A stretch of DNA of 64,000 nt from Lingula anatina (taxonomy: Eukaryota > Animalia > Brachiopoda): contig CM120642.1 in assembly GCA_051362555.1 (NCBI GenBank), positions 7,626,001 through 7,690,000 of the forward strand. Direction: 5' to 3'. A program made the translations under genes and the position numbers. The notes under the pieces were generated by a model. That model ran no database searches. It was given only the letters and a program-made list of their open reading frames with translations, and had not been told where the DNA came from. Below, in pieces: positions 59,782 through 64,000 of this stretch (position 1 is its first letter; each line of letters opens with the position of its first letter).

Positions 59782-62300
59782 CTATAACAGAGAGCAGGTA
59801 TTGGTTGGCGGTTTTGGAAGATGTCCAGCATATTGTCCTTGTTGAGTCAGATACAGTACCACTGCAAGCAGTAACACCAGCAAGACAATGACAAATAGAA
59901 GCAGGGTGAACATGTGTCTTAATCTTTTATCCAACACAGCATTCTCTTCAAGAACTTGCTTGAGCTGAAATTAAATATATACATTTATACCAGTCATGTA
60001 CGAGCTCAATGAAAAAAGAATATGACTTATGATAACAATTAAACATATTTCCTATTATTTAATATGGTTATTTACTGTGAAAATCAGATGAAAGAGCAGA
60101 CAGTTACAAATTAAACTTTAAAATGAATCTATATTTCAGCCACATAAGAACTGCTAGAAAATAGGTATAATAATAATAATAATAATTTGAACTTTATTTA
60201 AAGAGGGTAAACATGTTATGTATGGCCCTCTGTTACCAGACATTCAACAGTACTGGCTTTGTTCCCTACTTCAACCTTTATATGCTGATTGCTAAGCAAG
60301 GAGACAGTAGGTACCATTTTTATGATGGTCTTTGGTTTGACCTGGCCGGGGATTGAACCCGCGACCTACTGCACCAGAGGCGAGCACTCCAATATTTAAG
60401 CCATCCAGTTAATAAAAGAGTACATGTAGTAGGTACTTATATAAAAATAACAGTATCCTGATATTAAACTAAATCAAATCCACTGGACCAACAAGTTAGA
60501 AAACCATATAATAGTATAATAGTATTGGCAATTAAAAAAATAAATATTTTTCATATTTCACAAAAATTCTACTTTTCCAATCCAAGTCAACTACCTTTTC
60601 AAAACTTTTGGATCAGCATTTCTAAATATCACTAACATTTTTTTTTTTTTTGTGGAACATTACCAATTCATTTTTTCAGAACGGAATAAAAAACTGCATA
60701 TAGTTTACCTTATTATTAATATCCTTCAACTGATCCTGCAGTTGCATGGGGACATCTTCCTCAGAATCCGTTTTTGCCTGTGTTAGCACACATCGAAGTC
60801 TGAAACATTGAGGATTAGCTTTAAATCAGCAAATCAAATCTTTCTGGTTAGAAGTGACTGTCATGGTCTACATTTTTTAATACAGTCACCCATTTCCCTT
60901 GTAATACTTGCAATTGCAAAAATCCTTACACAGAGCCTGTTTTAATTTTTTTTGCAAGTGAAATTCATCAGTCTCCATCCCCATTTCTAGAGTGACTCAA
61001 AATTTAGAGATGTTGAATGCAAAAACTGGTTGATTGATAGTAATTTTGTTAACAGTCATGGGGGTGGTGGACTTCAGTGAATAATGGAAAAACTTTTCAA
61101 ATTTTCAGAAAGATTAATATATAGCGTAATAAAAGGTCTAATGCTTAGTGTGTGCCTTTTAAAATGTTTGAGAAGGCAATGTTGATGGGTGCTGCATAGC
61201 ATTTTAGCTATATTATCACAATAGAAGCAATGTTGGTATGAAAGTACCTAGTTCATTTGACGAAGTGATATAATTTAAAGATTTTCACCTGTGTTCTGTC
61301 ACACTCTCTCTAGATGCCATTTTCCACATTTCATGGATGTCAGAAGCAGATGACACATTTTCTTGGTTTTCCATGGCCATTACAAGAAATTTATCACGGT
61401 TGATTGTTTGATGAAATCCTGTAAAAACATGACACTCATAATAAAATAAATACTACTTTCATTCTACAAACAAAATTTATCAATGAATCTAACAATGTTT
61501 TCATAAAGTTAAGATCAATGCCAACAATTTCATCATTAAATTTTCAGAGGATGAAATCACAATCTACCTGATGGTTAATAAAAGTAAAAGAACAGAAAAC
61601 CGTCAAGACTTTAAATTCTTTCTTCTAGTTGGGGAAAAAAGGAATAAAAACTTAATAGTTCACTGGTCTTATTTAAGCTTATTTTCATTTTATCTCTATA
61701 GTAATAAGTGCTTATTATTTCAATGACTGCGATCTCATTCTTACTGAGAGCAATATTTTGATGGTCATTGCCACAGTACACCTAATGCAATGCTGGTCAC
61801 ACCACAGTAAACCATCAGTGCAGTTGTACACAATATCAATTTCCCAAAAAGGATAAATACCGGGTCAATTAATACCTTTTAGGTTGGACAGGGGCTATCA
61901 GCAGGGATAGGGGGGACAGAGGGCTATCACTTACCAGGCAAGCCACAGAGGAGTTCAATGTGGTTAGAAAATTAAAAAAAATGAAAGAAACATATTGTTT
62001 GGGTTGTGCTTTGGAGAAACATAGTAGCATTCAAAAGAACACCACCAAAGTGTGTACATTTACCTGGTAATAAATACACATTGACTTCCACACAAGAACC
62101 TGGATTGATTACCCCAGCACTTGGACGTACCCTGTATTTTTCGGGGGAGGTGGTTTTCACCTGAAATTCAACATACAATATGTGTCACATAATCTTAAGA
62201 TTACCTTTTTCCTATTACTTTGATGAGGAAAGATCTGCCCTCACCCCACTCCCTTCATCCCAACCCCCCCCCCCAAAAAAAAAAAATAATAATAATAAAA

Positions 62301-62339
<39 letters not shown>

Positions 62340-63824
62340 ATTAATTAATTAATTAATTAATTAATAAAAACAAAATTACATAAAGAAAGAAAAACATTAA
62401 AATGAAGACTGGCTGTATAGATTAAATATTCCTTATAAATTGCTCCCCATATCATATGAGATCATTTTATACACTTATTGGATAGGGCCTACTTTCATTG
62501 CAGTAAAATATACTACTTTTGATACTTTAAAACATAAAAAAAAATTGTATGTGATCAGTACAAGTAAAAAATCCTCTCAACTGATACCTTAAATGCCACT
62601 TGTTTTTGCATTCTGTTAGTTAAAGAAATAACATCTAATGTTTCCTTGGAATTGTCAACCACAGCAAACTCCAATTCATCAGCAGGACTAAAACAGAAAA
62701 AAAGTTGTTTTTTTTTTGTACAAATAGCTGTAAGAGGTAAGCTATTGCTTCTTTCATAGCAAAAACTTAAAACTGTAAACTTATTAAAGATACTTTTAAA
62801 TTTGATGGTGAAAACAATGAAGCTGCACAGTGAACAATTATCATAATTCATTCATGGCAATGCACATTTGTTGCAACATATACCTATCAACATCCAAAAA
62901 TGACAGAGTAGATTTTTTTATACATCCTTCCTCCCCCCAGAAATACAAAAAAGAGCTCATAGAAAATGTCAAAATGTTCATTAATACTTGCCTTATAACA
63001 ACTCAGATTAAATGTGATAATACAGCCAAGTAGTAGATCTGAAAGCCGATAACAAATACAAACAGTAGAAGTTACCTGATAATTATGAGCCGCCCTGTGT
63101 AGATATTTTGATCATCTCTCTGTCTTTTCCTACCACTGACCATCTTTTGCCTGCCTGGTCCCTGAGACTGCCTGGAGAGAACACTTGACATGCTCTGAGA
63201 AGAGGAAAAATCAATAATAATAATAATAATAATAATAATGATGATGTTGATGACATCTGGTTGCTTGGATTGCCTGTAGATAATGCTTGTTATACTGTAA
63301 TTTAAATGAAAATAAATAAATATACCTAACAACGATCGTTTGAAACTTTTTCACCCAGGCAGAGATTCAGAACTTCAGCACTTCAACACTAATACTGGTG
63401 AAGTTCTCATCTGGTGAGTGTTTGGAATAAACTTGCCAATTCTATGGCTTTTACAATTAGTTTAAACTTACAAATGGCTCCAAATTTTACAATGGCAACC
63501 ATCCAAGCAAGCCAAGAGACTTGCAACTTTGCATAAAATGAAGTAAGATTTTGCAGGATCAGCCAGAAAAAAATTATGCTAGACAATAGAGTGCGGTGCT
63601 GCAATGAATAAAATCTGAGAGAATTTATTCATGACTGATATTTTCAAGTAGCATGTTTTCTCATAAATTCTAAAGTTGTGTTTCTTGGTTGAATTCCATT
63701 ATTATAAACTTACAGACTTTTACATAAAGAGTAAACTTACCAATCTATCAGACTTGTCATCCTCTCCCACCTCCCCACTGGCATCAAAACTATTATACAT
63801 CGTGTCCTGTTCAGCAAATGTGAC
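59782..63824 (-). CDS. MOSPD2: Motile sperm domain-containing protein 2, 3' part (linker, MSP domain, coiled coil, C-terminal TM); 5' exons lie beyond the window
   Basis: Exons 63824-63741, 63194-63076, 62687-62588, 62160-62064, 61418-61289, 60799-60709, 59964-59782; phases consistent. ISPADELEF...LTN...VAFKVKTTSPEKYRVRPS...RDKFLVMA...EHRLRC; TM FTLLLFVIVLLVLLLAVVLYL. The MSP domain is preceded by more coding exons, which fits MOSPD2 rather than VAP. Confidence 0.9.
60168..60408 (-). mobile_element. tRNA-derived SINE with Meta/MESC-type core domain
   Basis: Minus strand: tRNA-like head with B box GGTTCAATCCC, then GGTCAAACCAAAGAC...AAAAATGGTACCTACTGTCTCCTTGCTTAGCA..CAGCAT core, ending in an (ATT)n tail. 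Confidence 0.75.
62285..62365. repeat. Compound AT-rich microsatellite (AAT/AAAT/AATT)
   Basis: Visible runs in a MOSPD2 intron. Confidence 0.85.
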
Positions 63825-64000
63825 CTGTAACAATTCTCTGTTATGCTTCATATGTTTCACTGCTGATGTTACATTCATGACTATGTTATATAATCAAACT
63901 TTTACCCTAAGATAAATATTTTAAAAAAGGAGAGAGAATGGCCAATCAAAAAAGTCCACTTTTAAAAATTAAATAAAAAAATTAAAGGTTGAAATACTGG

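Noticed and set aside
60335-60408. tRNA-like sequence
   Set aside because: No complete cloverleaf; it continues into a SINE core, so it is a SINE head.
1-64000. CRISPR arrays, rRNA, prokaryotic operons or viral insertions
   Set aside because: None seen; tandem repeats lack unique spacers and all genes are spliceosomal.

Overview
AT-rich, intron-rich animal DNA, probably a marine invertebrate (inferred from the repeat types; lophotrochozoan-like). I reconstructed seven spliced genes by hand from splice sites and reading-frame phase. Left third, all minus strand: (1) a secreted single-domain LamG/pentraxin-fold protein (279-3484); (2) a secreted protein with fibulin-type anaphylatoxin-like (ANATO) modules and a C-terminal GDPH-containing VWD domain (6042-13925); (3) a small secreted ANATO-only relative (18661-21464). 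Centre: a complete 22-exon KIDINS220/ARMS gene (23735-45582, minus) head-to-head with a POLR1D-isoform-2-like gene (47298-49976, plus). Right: a TATA-driven secreted Gly/Tyr/Arg-rich peptide gene (55302-55544, minus) and the 3' half of MOSPD2 (59782-63824, minus). Repeats include Harbinger- and hAT-like MITEs, a 713-bp foldback element, Helentron-like HINEs, a MetaSINE and microsatellites. The best novelty candidate is the ANATO gene pair. Its VWD domain keeps the autocatalytic GDPH site but has lost both cysteines that normally tether the cleaved halves, which suggests a self-releasing anaphylatoxin-like fragment (hypothesis only). No CRISPR, rRNA or true tRNA was seen.
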